Positions 12,817 to 26,042 of a stretch of DNA of 64,000 nt are shown here, one piece after another. The stretch's first letter is position 1. Every line of letters begins with the position of its first letter. Position numbers and translations under genes: made by a program. The notes under the pieces are model-generated. The model searched no databases and had not been told where the DNA came from. It worked only from the letters and a program-made list of their open reading frames with translations. Origin of the DNA: Lophium mytilinum (lineage: Eukaryota); the NCBI GenBank assembly GCA_010093605.1, contig MU004184.1, positions 1,126,801 through 1,190,800 of the forward strand. The letters run 5' to 3'.

Positions 12817-14312
12817 ATGGCCCACAATCCGCCCCCATCAGCCGCTTCTCCTCTCGCCAGCGCAGAGAGCGTGCTGAATCACAAACGACACATTAACTAT
12901 TGGAGACGGTGCTTGAAGACCTTCCTGCCATGGCAGTACACCTCCAACGACTCAAATCGCATGAGCCTGGCATTCTTCATTGTTTCTGCACTAGACCTGC
13001 TCGGGGACTTGGACAACGGCATCTCTGCCGAGGAGCGGCAAGGCTTCATCGACTGGGTGTATCACTGTCAGCATCCTGATGGAGGCTTTCGAGCTTTCCC
13101 AGGCACCGATTTGGGCGAGCTGAGGAACGAGGAGAACAAGATCTGGGATCCGGCAAATGTGCCTGCGACTTTCTTCGCGCTGGGAATTCTCGTCATCCTC
13201 GGCGACGACCTGCAACGGGTGAAGAGACGGGAATGCCTACTGTGGTTGACAAAGATGCAGAGGTTGGAAGGAGGCTTTGGGGAAACTCTCGGCGAGGGTG
13301 GACGAATTGAAGGAGGGAACGACACAAGATTTGGGTACACTGGTTCTGGCATACGGTACATGCTGCGGGGGTATATCACTGGTCCTGTCGACGGAGTACC
13401 CGACATCGATGTGGACAAGCTAGTGCAATGTATAAATATATCAGAGGTACGATATCGATATCGACCTGTTCTATTTGTCCACTCTCTCTGACCAATGTGC
13501 AGTCCTATGACGGCGGCATATCTGAAGCGCCCTTCCATGAAGCTCATGGTTTGCTATGCCTGTTTCCCTGCTACCATTCTTTACTAACAAATTCCAAGCT
13601 GGCTTCACTCATTGTGCAATATCCGCTCTGTACTTCCTAGGTCGTCTTCCGGAATCTTCATCGTCGAGCGACTTTCTACATGACGGCGTTATCCGAGGCA
13701 TAACCAATCTTCCTCTTACTCTACACTGGCTGGCTTCTCGCCAAACTGCCATGCTGGACGAAGAAGACCTGTACGACTCTACGGAAAGCGAATTAGAGCC
13801 CTCGCGCACACAAACGCAATCATCATTCGTGAAACTGTCTAGTTTTCCTCTCAAACCACGCGAAGTGCCACAGCAAGAACCCTGGCCTTCGCCGCGCTCT
13901 CTCCAGTGGGCAGGAATGAACGGACGATGTAATAAGATAGCAGACACGTGTTATGCCTTCTGGGTCTCGGGAGCATTGACTGTAGGTACTCAATCCTCCT
14001 CAGCCGTGTCGTCACTCATCAGGCTGCTAGGTACTCGGTCATTTAAACATCATCGATCACGCTTCTTTGCGTCGCTATCTTCTAGACAAGACACAGCACA
14101 TGGTGGGAGGATTTGGCAAAGTAGCCGGAGACCCACCTGACCTCTATCACGCATACCTCGGATTGGCTACTTTAGCCCTCATGGGAGAACCCGGACTCAA
14201 AAGTTTCCACGCCCCCTTGTGTTTCAGTCAAGACGCAAATGACCGTCTTGACGCGTTAGAATGGAGGAAGAAGTTGGTTGGCGACTGGAAACGGGAGTCA
14301 CTTAAAACTTGA
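12817..14312 (+). CDS. CDC43: Geranylgeranyltransferase type I beta subunit
   Basis: Prenyltransferase repeats; YTSNDSNRMSLAFF, YDGG...EAH, GRCNKIADTCYAFW, PPDLYHAYLGLA. Three introns. Confidence 0.88.
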
Positions 14313-15208
14313 AAGGGCTAGCAGGTCCCTTTCTCACTTATACTTACATCGATAAAAGTCAGGATCCGCGGCTCCAGCTCCATTGATCTTCGCTAAACCA
14401 TCGCTGCGAAACGCGAGCTGCGACACGCAACATACTCTTCGTATTCCGCACGACACACGGAGCCACCTCACACAGCGTCATCATCACGAAAACGACATGT
14501 CTGAAATGAACTGCCAAGGTACATGCAAGAGGCACCACTTCTATTATACGGTTTTGCGAAACTAACGTCTGAAATAGAGCGCTAGGTTACGACATCATAT
14601 CTGACCTTCGGAGGTAGCTGCGCCAATCAACACGTCGTCAAAACGGATACTTCTAGATCCTCATCCGCATCATTTCGAAGGTATTCCACCGTATCAACCA
14701 CGTATATCAGAGCTGTTCCATCAATGCAATTATACTCGCCTGAATTGTTTTGACGTGGCTCGATGTGCTTTCGCGTAGAGAAAAAGTCTTTGCTAAATGC
14801 TGAAATCTAGAACGTAGGAAACCTATCCCTGCCATCGACCTGTCAATCAAAACCATTCCAACATAAACAAACTCCAGGACTCTAGTGGCCAGGGGTGTCT
14901 CAAGGCGTTATGAGTTATTGCAGCGGCGCAGGCTCATCGTGGTAAAATGCGTTATTCCACTAAAACTACGCGTTGTGCTGGACTCGATAATACGCGACGC
15001 GACGCGGAGCAGCAGAGATTCACTAGACATCACGAGATTATGAGCGAACATTCACCAAAATGGCAGCCCTGCGCAACCGAGCACCTCGCACTTCTGTCTA
15101 TAAAGATGAACTGCTTGCACAGCTTTCTATCGACCGCACCACACACTCACCAAACTACCACCTCGCAACCAACACACCTCTTAGACACCACCAATACAAA
15201 GCCTCAGG

Positions 15209-18103
15209 ATGCCTGCATGGCCGAAGCTCCCGACAGAGCTGCACATCGGTGCGTACGTCCAGTACAAGCAGAAGACTGCCTGGCTTGTCGGTTGGCTCCG
15301 AAAAAACTCCAAGGACACAAACAACGATGATCCACCAGCAAAGCCCACCACTCGACAGCTTTTACAGCAAGCCGAGGCCATTGCGAAAGCCCCGAGCCTA
15401 CCCGCCGACCTCGCAGACTTTTCTAATCGCATACACGATGTCATCAACCTAAGAAAGCAAGTGACCAGCTTCTACACTGCGCATCTCATGGGTAACGCGG
15501 AGCACGAATTTTTCACGGGCAAACTAGAGGACATCAGAGACGTCGTCAATAAGAAGGCGAAGGCAAGCACTCATCCGAGAAAGCGGAGGGGCAATAAGAA
15601 GAGCCCATGTGAACCTAGCGACAACACTAGACGTACAACAAACTTGTACATAGTTCTGGCAGAGGATGTTGCAGACAGCGTGGGGGAAGTTGGTTCTGAC
15701 GACGAAGCGCCCATGACGTCTACTCCCAAACCCACCCCTGCGTCTACACCAAGCAATGCTGATGCGGTCAATGAGGCCGGCTCAGAACTCCGCTTTGCTC
15801 TCCTGTGCTTCATATATGACCTGTCGCTAGCTCGACAATTCGTTCAGAAGACCTGGCAGGCTTACAAAGACAACGAAGTGGACTTGGTAACGGCGTCTGT
15901 TACAACGAACGTTGTGATTGCTACTATCAAGCGATCTGTGGCTTGTTTGGATAATGCCGCTGAGGAAATAACGCCTTCTCGACGAGGGAAGTTCTACAGT
16001 GTGACGGCGGCGATGGGGCATGCGTACTCGTCCATCAGCGTCGGCAAGGGTCACGCGCCGTACGACAGAGAAAAAGGATTTGCCCAATTTGGCCCCGATA
16101 TGGAGCGCGTTGCCAATCTGCTCTGCCTACCTGCGGTTATGCATCTGGACATATACCGTCGAGCTACCTCTAAGACACTTGGTTCGGATGAGCGGCTCTC
16201 TGTTGGGGAGAACATCAACGACCTAGAAGTGGCGAGCTTCCTTTCAGTGCTTGGACTCTTCAGATCGCTAAAGATCAAGGCCCCGGCTCTGGACGAGTTG
16301 ACGCGATTCGCGAGTTCCATGACGAAAGAGCTAACTGCTGAGAATCAATGGGCTTGCTTTGCTTTCCAGGTCTATCTAGATATCTTCCAGTGTCTTGGAG
16401 ACGACATATGGGATGGTCTGAAGGAGTTAGTAGTGGGAGGACAGGACCTCAAAACGATGATTGAGGACCACATTCATGATGAAGAGCTCATGGAGCTACG
16501 GGGTACGAGGCTAGATTACATGCTCGTACAGCAGCCAGATTTCTCCGCCCGGTTCAAGGATGTCCTATCGCATATCACTCGCTGGACAGAAGAGGATGTA
16601 ATGGGCAAAGCCCTGAAGCAGGTGGGCTTGAAACGCTCTCCCAAGGGGGACTTCTATTTTCTGGGATCTCACCCGCTGCTTTGCGGTATAATACTCCACA
16701 CTATGCGCCGTCTCGCACAGGAGGTGAGTATTTCGCACACACGATGGCTGATTGCGGCTGTTGCTCACCTGTACAACGCCGCGAGGCAAGTTGGCGGTCT
16801 CGAGGTCCCTTGGAAGGACCTAGAGTATATCATCGACTTCCACTCTGCGAAGCGAGTCTTCGTCGGCGCTGCACCAACTGAGGCTGAACTGTTCTGGGCC
16901 CGTCGTCGCCTAGCATTCGGGGCGAAGTTGGCAAGTTTTGCCCCTCGTCGTCACGGAGAGTATAAGAATGACACGACAAACCGCGGTTTGGTGGCACGTT
17001 CACATCTTCAAGACTTGATCTGGAAACAGCAGATAGATGCTCGGGAGCACGGATGGCTCACGCTCCACCAACTTCTAGAGCATCTTAGTCATAACGATGC
17101 CGGGGCTCACGATCCGAGTGATCTGGACAACGAGCTTCAACACACCATCCAGAGCGTCCCGGATGTGTCAAAAGATGATCCTCAACCAGCCGATACCCAG
17201 CCAACCGATGCGCAGTCAACTGAGGATACTCCAAAGCTCTCGCAAGCACAGAAGAAGCGCCAGAGGCAGAAGGCGAAGAAAGCCGAGCAGGCCGCTGAAA
17301 AGAAGAAGATAGAGTTCCCCGAAGAAGCGCTTCTAGACACGATATCGACCGCAAAAATCGAGACTCCTGAGATTGGCCTCATTCCCCAACTCTCCACTCT
17401 CCGAGAGCTCCTTGCGGTAGACGAGCTTCACTCTCACTTCGACTACCTCTCGTTGTCGCGCCGCTGCATGACCCTTCTTCAGCGTCTGAGAACAGAAGTT
17501 TATGAACGAGAAGTCACCGATTTGGTGCCCTTAGACGCTGAAGTCGAGCTGCCGGGCAACCTAGATCTCATCGACAGGCTGTTTCTCGAGCTAAAGGATA
17601 GGCCAAGGGATCTTACGAAGATAAAGGCTGTGGCGGCTATCTTCAAGGATTTCATCGAGAAGGAGGGAGATATCGAGCTGGAAGACGCTACCGAGCGGAA
17701 GGACGCGAAATCTGTGGTGTGGGAAACTGCGCCTGAAAATCTGGAGGGTGAAGGCCGGGAGCAGGAGGCAGAGGTGGAAGGTATGGCTCCAACCCCCGAA
17801 GCCCTCGAGGCCTCTCAGCACGGAAACGTCGAGCAAGAAGTGGATGAAACTCCTACCGCCACATCTACTGAGACGCTTCAGCACGACGACCAAGAGCACG
17901 AACCGGAGGAGCAGCATCCTGTTCGATCCCCTAAGCTCCGTTCGACGCCTAACTGCGAGACGCAGGTAGCTTCTGATGGCGACACAGATGACGGGGAGGA
18001 GCAATGGGTCGATGCGGAGGAGTCATTTGGAGGACATACCGAGACAATGGCGGACGATCCAATTGCTGCAATGCTATTGGCCCTTAACAGTTGGCAAGAA
18101 TAG
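15209..18103 (+). CDS. Large fungal protein of unknown function (DUF6604-like N-terminus)
   Basis: Single 964-aa ORF. N-terminal YxxYKxxTxxxxxWL, R..V..FY and HxFF motifs recalled for DUF6604; acidic low-complexity tail. Confidence 0.7.
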   Translation: MPAWPKLPTELHIGAYVQYKQKTAWLVGWLRKNSKDTNNDDPPAKPTTRQLLQQAEAIAKAPSLPADLADFSNRIHDVINLRKQVTSFYTAHLMGNAEHEFFTGKLEDIRDVVNKKAKASTHPRKRRGNKKSPCEPSDNTRRTTNLYIVLAEDVADSVGEVGSDDEAPMTSTPKPTPASTPSNADAVNEAGSELRFALLCFIYDLSLARQFVQKTWQAYKDNEVDLVTASVTTNVVIATIKRSVACLDNAAEEITPSRRGKFYSVTAAMGHAYSSISVGKGHAPYDREKGFAQFGPDMERVANLLCLPAVMHLDIYRRATSKTLGSDERLSVGENINDLEVASFLSVLGLFRSLKIKAPALDELTRFASSMTKELTAENQWACFAFQVYLDIFQCLGDDIWDGLKELVVGGQDLKTMIEDHIHDEELMELRGTRLDYMLVQQPDFSARFKDVLSHITRWTEEDVMGKALKQVGLKRSPKGDFYFLGSHPLLCGIILHTMRRLAQEVSISHTRWLIAAVAHLYNAARQVGGLEVPWKDLEYIIDFHSAKRVFVGAAPTEAELFWARRRLAFGAKLASFAPRRHGEYKNDTTNRGLVARSHLQDLIWKQQIDAREHGWLTLHQLLEHLSHNDAGAHDPSDLDNELQHTIQSVPDVSKDDPQPADTQPTDAQSTEDTPKLSQAQKKRQRQKAKKAEQAAEKKKIEFPEEALLDTISTAKIETPEIGLIPQLSTLRELLAVDELHSHFDYLSLSRRCMTLLQRLRTEVYEREVTDLVPLDAEVELPGNLDLIDRLFLELKDRPRDLTKIKAVAAIFKDFIEKEGDIELEDATERKDAKSVVWETAPENLEGEGREQEAEVEGMAPTPEALEASQHGNVEQEVDETPTATSTETLQHDDQEHEPEEQHPVRSPKLRSTPNCETQVASDGDTDDGEEQWVDAEESFGGHTETMADDPIAAMLLALNSWQE

Positions 18104-19397
18104 TTTAGGTCATGATCTTTGTGCACTTGGACAGTGTTTGTGGTAGGTACAGTACCAGATCATAAGTCTGGACACACCTGTATGCGGCTGCTCTGTTTCT
18201 CTCCTGCTCCATTGATACCACTGTGAGGAGTGCCCTAGGTAGCATGTCTCTACTTCGTCAAAAAACAGGGCGATTTCCACTGTGTTGACTATTTCATCAT
18301 ATCCGAAGTCTCCAAACCCTGCCGAAGTACCCCAAGCAGTGGCAAAAGGTGCCCAAACTTATGTTTTAGTACTGTATTTTGGTAAGCTTTCTAGCTTTTG
18401 CTTCTTAATGATGACTTTAATGGATGCTTCGACGACCAAGTCAGCCTTGGAGTGTGGCTAGTGCCAGTTGGGATATCAGTGGCTATAATTGATAGGTGTG
18501 AAATCTGTGACTTCATCGACCGCTCGAAAAAGGCGATCGTTAGCGCCCATCTGGCGAATAGTAGAGACTCTAATGTAGGTGACGAGTTTGAGGCGTCAAT
18601 ACGTATTGCCTGATACTCTTCCATACGACACCAGCTGAGACTGAGTTACTTCGAAAGGCATTTTGACAGCCTGGTACTCACCTCTTTCTCTCTCGTGCTC
18701 CTCCACCGTTCCACGCCCATCTTCGTTTTCATGACGGCCTCCGATCTATTTTTTTTCTTCCTTTCCATATCTTTCTCGTTCTTGACTTTAGCATTAGCAG
18801 ACTCAGCAGACCTAGCGGACTCGGAGCTATCAATATGGTCAATGCATGGCTTCAAAGCAGCCCGTGACTGCGTCCAAGACGCGTTTCATAATTGGTACAG
18901 TGGAGGTCTTTGGCTCGGTGTTTTGTAATGCTACCTGGATGATAAAGGAAACCCGCTGAACGGATGCGCTTGTCAGTGCGACCTTAGACCATTAGCACAG
19001 TCTTACATACCGAACTTCATCAAGTCTGGATGCTCAAGCAACACGGTAGATATCGGAAGCGGGCTCTCACTCTATGATAGTTATTGCGAGACTGCCTTGG
19101 CCACTCATTGTGCTGCATCGTCCTCGAATGCGCCCACTACGGAAGACACGCCTGCACCGCCTACAATCCCGCCGACGGTGACAGGAGTCATCTACCAAAT
19201 AAAGGCAATAGCGATTGAAGAGCATCGAAGAAGGGACCGGGCTCCTGTGATATACTAGAACCTCTTTGAGCCCGCTAATGCCTGTTATATTCAAAGAGCT
19301 CCTTTTTCAGCTTGAAGAGAGTTTAGTCCAGAACTGCATTTTCAATTTCGAGTACGAAGGGAAGACGAGTGCTTAGAAGCTTGAAGAAGGGATCTCT

Positions 19398-20786
19398 TCA
19401 AGTAGTAACCCAGTCATTCCCGCCATGCCTCTCGCAAGACAAATCCATCTTTTTCACATACTCCGGAAACCTCTTCACCACCCAGCCCGACGTAACGTCA
19501 GGCATTTGCGACTTCAACCAATTCACCCCCTTAACCGTCTCATACCCCAACGTCAACTCATCCGAGATCTCACACTTGCCCACCGCATACGCAAACTGCC
19601 GACACTTCGCCAGACTCTCACAAAGCGTCCTACACTGCGTAAACGAAAACCACGCCTCCTGCTCCTCCCGCTCCAGATTCCACCACTCCTTCCCGACCAG
19701 CTGCCGAAACACCTCATCGCTATACTCCGTCGTCCACCCCACCATATTATCCCACCCCCGCCGCGCCGCCGGGAGCCGCGGCAGCACAAGCCCCTTGAAA
19801 ACATCCCGATGCCGCAGCACCGCCCCGGACCCCTCCCACCGCCGCTGCCAGCCCTGCTCAAACTTCCACAACGCACGCCGCTCCTCCGGCCGCATATTCC
19901 CATACGAGACCGGCGCATAGCACCACGGCTGCCTCCCGATCTGCGTAGCGTTGAAATTCAACCCCGCCGGCGCGTCGCCCTGGAAATGCGGATAGGAGCT
20001 GAACATCTCAATCCCGACGTCTTTCAACGCTTGGTACATCAAGATGTCAGCCGCCCACTCGCTTTCAATCAGCGACTCGAAGTTCTTCCGGTGCAAGCTG
20101 ATGTGCGCGAGCATTTTGCGGATCGCGGGCGCAGAGAGCGCGTACCCGGCGTCGCCGTTTGCGAAGACCTGGGGGTGGTTGCCGAGGTGCGCGCGGTTGG
20201 CGATGTACCATGGCTTGCGGGCGTCGAAGCGGGAGAGGTAGGCGAGGAGGTTCGGCCAGACGATGTAGGTGTCGAGGTCGATAAAGACGTACCATTTCGC
20301 GGTGGGGCGGCGGTGGAGGACGTCGTGGAGGGTGGGGATGGTTTTCCATTTTTCGAGGGTGGCGGCGGAGGTGGTGTTTAGGGTGAGGGTGGTGTTCAGG
20401 CCGGCTCGGCCGTGGGTGCGGAGGTGGTTGTAGAGGGCGAATTCTGGGCGGGGGGAGCCGAGAACAGTGGGGAGCGAGGAGAGGGCGTCGTGGATGGGGA
20501 TATCGGCGAGGGATTCGGCGTGGTCGGAGTATATGAGGTAGTTGGGGACGCAGCGGAGGGTGGTTTCTAGGTGGACAGGGAGGTTTTCGAGGACTTCGGT
20601 GGCGGTTGTTTTAAGGATGAGCTGGACGTCGTTGGAGAGGGGGGAAATTGGACAGTACAGGTTAGAGGAGGAGAGACGTATAGAGGAAGTTGGAAGACTG
20701 CTGAGGAAGAAATAGAGTGCTAGTAGACAACAGGCGAGTACGATGAGGATTTTTACGACCCAGTTGCAACCCAATGGAACAATCAT
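19398..20786 (-). CDS. Glycosyltransferase family 31 (Fringe-like) type II membrane protein
   Basis: N-terminal TM anchor; LILKT, KWYVFIDLDTY (DxD), FANGDAGYALS; Cys-containing C-terminal domain. Confidence 0.88.
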   Translation of the reverse strand: MIVPLGCNWVVKILIVLACCLLALYFFLSSLPTSSIRLSSSNLYCPISPLSNDVQLILKTTATEVLENLPVHLETTLRCVPNYLIYSDHAESLADIPIHDALSSLPTVLGSPRPEFALYNHLRTHGRAGLNTTLTLNTTSAATLEKWKTIPTLHDVLHRRPTAKWYVFIDLDTYIVWPNLLAYLSRFDARKPWYIANRAHLGNHPQVFANGDAGYALSAPAIRKMLAHISLHRKNFESLIESEWAADILMYQALKDVGIEMFSSYPHFQGDAPAGLNFNATQIGRQPWCYAPVSYGNMRPEERRALWKFEQGWQRRWEGSGAVLRHRDVFKGLVLPRLPAARRGWDNMVGWTTEYSDEVFRQLVGKEWWNLEREEQEAWFSFTQCRTLCESLAKCRQFAYAVGKCEISDELTLGYETVKGVNWLKSQMPDVTSGWVVKRFPEYVKKMDLSCERHGGNDWVTT

Positions 20787-21661
20787 GCTGATGGAAATGC
20801 CCAGTACCTAGGTAAGAGCGGCGCCTGAGAGTAAGTTGTTCGTAGCCGTCGGAGCAGGTGGTTACTTCGCACGTCGTTGCAAGTACGGTAGCGAAGATGA
20901 GTTGAACCATAGAACTACGGGATCCTGTGAAGTTCGAGAGCGCCAGTAACGGTATTAATAGACAACGAATGTGCAATAAGAACTGAAACGCATTCTAGAC
21001 TTAGCCTGGGTGTTGTTTGGGGTTTGGAAGCATGCTGAATGTGAAGAGGAAGGGGAGGAGAGCATGACGATAGAAGGGACGAGGGGACTTTCAGCGTATA
21101 TATGAAAGGTACCTTGGAGACAACTATTACTAAAGTGAAGCTCTCGGTTATGCTTTTCTTGACAAGTGCCATCACCTTTTTTCCTGTTCGCTTGTATTAA
21201 TGTATTGTGAGGGTTATCGGGAACGAATAATACATGGATCGGAGCAACGAATTTGTTCAACCATTGGAGACCATCAGAAGAGCCCTAACGCTCAGAACCT
21301 AGCGCTGAATATAAGACGTGAGTAACATCAGGGCAATGGTCTCTTATGCTCGTGAATCTGGGATTCGATGACTGGTGATACAGCAGTCCTTTAGATGGGG
21401 TGATGTATCAATCGCGGCTGTTTGGGCCCTGTCGGGCAAATCGAAAGACACGATGGCAGCACCATTCTCGTGCGCCGGAAATGGAAATCATGGTCAATTG
21501 AAAGACACTGTAGAGCATTTGATGGATACTGGTTTAGGAGTTGTAGTGTTATAAATGAAGGAAACGTGACTAGGCGAGCCTTTCGCGCTAAGAACTCCTT
21601 GGTCTTGCATCTCGCGTTGCTGACCGAACAACTGCCATCGACCTGCCCCCAATCAATCGTC

Positions 21662-23066
21662 ATGGCACACAACAAATCTTCGTCTTTCAAGATCGTCAAG
21701 AAAGGCAACTCAATTCGTCACCACACCAATGTTGAACGCGTGCGCTTTTCTATTCGGTAACTATACATACCCCGCCCGAACCCACCTAACACTAAAGACT
21801 AAAACTCATGAAGGAGGATGTGCGGTACGGACATGGTAACTATACGTGTTGGTCCCGAAGCAGTTCCATTCTATGTCCATAAGAGACTCCTGACGTACTG
21901 GTCTCCGTACTTTCGTAACGCGTTCGATGGCTCGTGGATGGAGGCGGATAGAGGAATTAGTCTCAGTGATGTGGAGCCTTGGCTCTTCGAGGTCGTCAAT
22001 GGCTGGCTATACACACAATCAATAGTACTGGAGCCGCCCGCTCAGGAATCATTTGATGCCAGCGACATTACCACTGCTGAGGCGGGATTGGAGTCTGGAG
22101 AGACCACATCCAAAGAACAGATCCCATAGTTATGTTTGAAGCGGACTGTAGACGTCGAAACTCGCCAAGAATTCATTTGTCACAGTGGGTATGGGTCATG
22201 GTGCGATGCAAGAACTATTAGCTTACGAAGACGCAGTCTCGGACACATTGTACTTGATGAAGGAGGTACTCAACGAAGAAGACAAGACTGACGCAGCTTT
22301 GGAATACCTGACGAAAGATTTGGACAGTCTTCTCCTCGAACAGATACCATACCCGATCTATCACCAGACGCGCTTCCTACACGGCCTCGCAAAACTTTTA
22401 CGTCCCCAAAATGCATTTCCAGGGCCTGTAGGAACTACCATTCGCACGCATGCGCAGGCTTTGATCACGAGAGCGCACAATGTGATGTGAGTTAAGAAGC
22501 TCGATAACATCCAAAAATATGGACTATAACTAATAAAGTCAAGGATGACGCATGTTGAAGAATACCGATCAGCCTCTAAAAGGAGTTCTTCACTGTGGAC
22601 TAGCGACTCGGCGCTCGTAGATTTGTACATCTTTGCCGACAAATATGACATGCCCCAGCTTCGAGTAGATGTCATTGACATGGTGCATCAAGAGAACACG
22701 AACTGCATCCATTTTGTACCCAACATCTACGCTGTTGCTAAGGCGTTCGAAAATTTGCCACCTCAATCCGGGCTCTACAGATACTTCTTCGACGTTTATG
22801 TAGGGCAATGGGACGAGGAGGCTATCACGACATGCTCTGCACCATCCCACGTCCCCGTTTTAGACATGCTTCCAAAGTCTTTACTAGCAGCGATAATGTT
22901 AAGGAGATCTGCCGAGTTGAAGCTGGTAAACGTCCCCGATTTCCCTGTACCTGAGTACCCCTTCCGACCCTTACCGCCCTTACCATACGAAAGAAGTCTT
23001 TGCTCTTATCATGATCACGCGCGGAATGAAGGCCGTGGATTCATTCCCTTGCATCTAAACGAGTAA
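21662..23066 (+). CDS. BTB/POZ domain protein (possibly disrupted)
   Basis: VTIRVG...FYVHKRLLTYWSPYFRNAF...WME...FEVVNGWLYT and downstream LVDLYIFADKYDMPQL. The in-frame stop at ~22127 needs an intron I cannot place confidently. Confidence 0.7.
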
Positions 23067-23977
23067 TGGATCAATTTCAATCCCTAAAATTGAGGATTAA
23101 ACGAGAACTCTCAGGCTTCCTAGGCTCAACTAAGCCCTGGCAGTGGGCTTGGCTGCTCGAACCAGGAAATACCAAAGAGACGGCTGCTAGTAGCGAAACT
23201 TTGTGCCCCTAAATCTATGGATTTGGTCTTCGTCGCCTTTCCTTAAGCCTTTGCATCTGGCGAACAGTCAGAAACCAGGTTGATGCATGCGTCCAGAGAG
23301 ACACTTTCAGGAATATGTCGATGCCAAGAGGAAAGCCACGGGGAATTGCCTGGAGGATAGCAAGCCGCTTTACTTGTGACGACGAAGAGCATTGCGTCTC
23401 TTTTCCGAATGAGGTCTTGGGTTGGTAAAGAGAGCAACAGACGTTGTGTTCTCCTCGATCTACTGAAGGCAGTTGGCTGTTGTACTTTAAGGTTCTTCAC
23501 AAGGTTCTCCATTCACCCTGGATCGACGTAGAGCGCGCCAGGGATGTCCGGTGTCTCCGAACGACATAATGGCTGCAATCTTGATCCCGAATGATAACTT
23601 CAGTATAGTAGTGATGATAATATGGCAATAAAAGTCACGTACAAAATGTTATTATGGCTATGCATCTAGATTTGTGTGGGGGAGTCGTAGTAAGTATCAC
23701 GTGCATTTTCACTCATGGCCATATCAAAGTATGTAATTTGATTGCTCGTATTAGCCTTCGATGCAGTGTATCTTGAGCCGCTCTTAATGGATCTGTGAAT
23801 TTTCTGAACGCCTGTCTGAGATGGAGACTCAGAGGATAGACAGCTAGTGCTCCTAAGGGTTCCTGGAACACCATCTAAGCGGGCCCCTGACCTCGTAGAA
23901 GTATTCCGAGACCAATAACGCCATCGCTATGCATGTTCATTACCGTCGTGCTCGTGGCAGACATGGCCCTTGGACAA

Positions 23978-26042
23978 TCAGGATGTTCTGAGTCGCTTGC
24001 CAACGGGTTCGCCATCCGTCACCTGTCGCTCCAATGCCTTCCAGTTTGGCTTCTCCTTCCCCAAGTCTGTTCCAGTGCTCAGGCTTGAGAGTTTAGAGCT
24101 GGAATCTTGTAGCTCACCCATTGTTCCATTGCCATGTTTCTCGGGTCCAGAGGACACTTTCTCTGGCTTTGCGATCGATTGTGGGGACGAGAGTGTCCAT
24201 GGAGCCTCGATAGAGAAGGATAGTAGCTCGCGATCCTTGTTTCGGGAGGTGATTTTCTTCGTCTTACTGCGAATATCCTTGGTCTTTCTCTGGCTTGGCA
24301 AGGCTTCTGTCTTGCGGAACAAGTCGGAGCTCTTGTTCTCCGTCTTCTCGCTGCTGCTATCCTCCCGACCAGCATCTTCCCAGTCGCTGTCTTCGCCAGT
24401 TTTTACATGGCGATTGAAAGCTTTCTCCATTTTCTCAGCTTGGCGTTGCTGGCTTTCGAGGGAGAAGAAGCTCGGTCGACGCTGCTCACGGACCGACGCC
24501 CCTTCGCCATTGCTCTGCGCTTTATCTTCGTCTTCCTCAATGGCTTCGGAGTAATCCCACATCTCTTTGAGTTCGCCGCGGACCAGTGCAGTACCCCACA
24601 AGGAGGCTAGAACGCCCGGAACCAGGTATAGCAGCGCAGGCTGGGCGTGACCATATATTTGCATAACTCCTAGGGTTGTGAGCATACCAACGACATATCC
24701 CACCAGGCTGGCATTGAAATACGTTTTGGGGAACGTGAAATGGGGTTGCTGAGAAGCAAGCAGAAACGAGAAGAGTGGGCGGCCGGTCCAGGTATGTGTC
24801 CAGAAGTGCTCGCTCCAGCGGCCGGAGAGGGAGAAGTACTTCTCCTTGACGACGGTGGGTTTCACGCCGTCACCAAGGTCCAAAGCTGGAGCCGGCTGAG
24901 TTTGCTTTCTTAGGTAGAATAGGTAAAGATCATATCGGAGCGCAAGTCCAATCATGATGCCAGGTAAGACTACGTCACCAAGGCCCAACATTGCGTGTGA
25001 TCGAATGGCAGGATCTGCGCTGGGGGATGAAGGCCGAGGGAACATGAGTTTGATTGGTACATCCAGAGATGTGGCAACAGTGACCATCATGGGGCTTTAG
25101 TTTTGTTAGCTCCATGGGCCGGGAAGGGGTATGACATAGATATGTGACTTACGTGAAGAAGACAAAGTAAATGTCGTATACGAACAGTGCTCCGAGAATG
25201 AGGCTTCCTGTGGCAAAGGTCGTGGGGGACATCAGCTGTAAGGCTCCGTACGAGAAACCAAAACCCATGAGGTTGGTCAGATACCAAGGTTTATCAACGA
25301 AGTTGAAGTAGGTCACCGCCGCAAGAGCTATAACCGCGCCAGCCACACCATGACCTCCAATCTTCATCTTCGCAGCAACAATTCGGTGGACGTACATCCG
25401 AATTGTCCACTTATTGCTAGGCATGGCTCTATCAGCCCATAAAGTATTCCTCACACGAAGAGATAGCGGTATTCGAGACAGGAACCCAGGAAGAGGCGAA
25501 TGGACAACATCGCTGGTTTTCCCGTTGCCATAGACTGGTTTCGCAGTTTTATCTATGTTGCTGACTTGGTACAATGTGCCACCGAGAGCGTAACGTTTCG
25601 GGAATATGAGAGAATGGCCAATGTCCAGAGCGTCCGTGACGAGTCGGGAAACCGAGAACACGCCAAAGATGGCGAAGTATCCATTGAGAATCTTGTTGAG
25701 CAACGCGGGGTCCTTAAGCCACTTGAGCAAGAAGTAGAGTCCAGCCAGAGTTATTCCTGCCATGAGGGGAAACACGAGAGCATCCGTGGGCGACAGACCC
25801 TCCATCCTCTGGTATTCTTCCTCCTCATCTTCTTCGTCGTCCTCGCCCGTCGCAGACTTCTTGTTTCTCTTGTCCGGTTTGGCAGCGGATGACGGGCGGG
25901 ACAGTGACGCGTGAGCACCGGCGTAGATAGGGAAGAGGGCCGACACGAGGAGGTGGAAGTAGGTCGGTAGCATTGGCTGCACGAGCGCGAATTCGTAGGC
26001 AATGCGGCCAAAGGCCTGAGCGATTGGACCTGGATCCGACAT
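23978..26042 (-). CDS. sppA: Signal peptide peptidase (GxGD intramembrane aspartyl protease, A22B)
   Basis: Catalytic YDIYFVF and LGLGD motifs, QPALLYLVP motif, multiple TM segments; one intron near 25097-25152. Confidence 0.92.

Noticed and set aside
18391..19294. Possible minus-strand multi-exon gene remnant
   Set aside because: Splice-like signals and a Lys-rich segment are present, but there are in-frame stops and no coherent model or homology.
19425..20381. 318-aa antisense ORF
   Set aside because: Shadow of the GC3-rich GT31 gene on the opposite strand.
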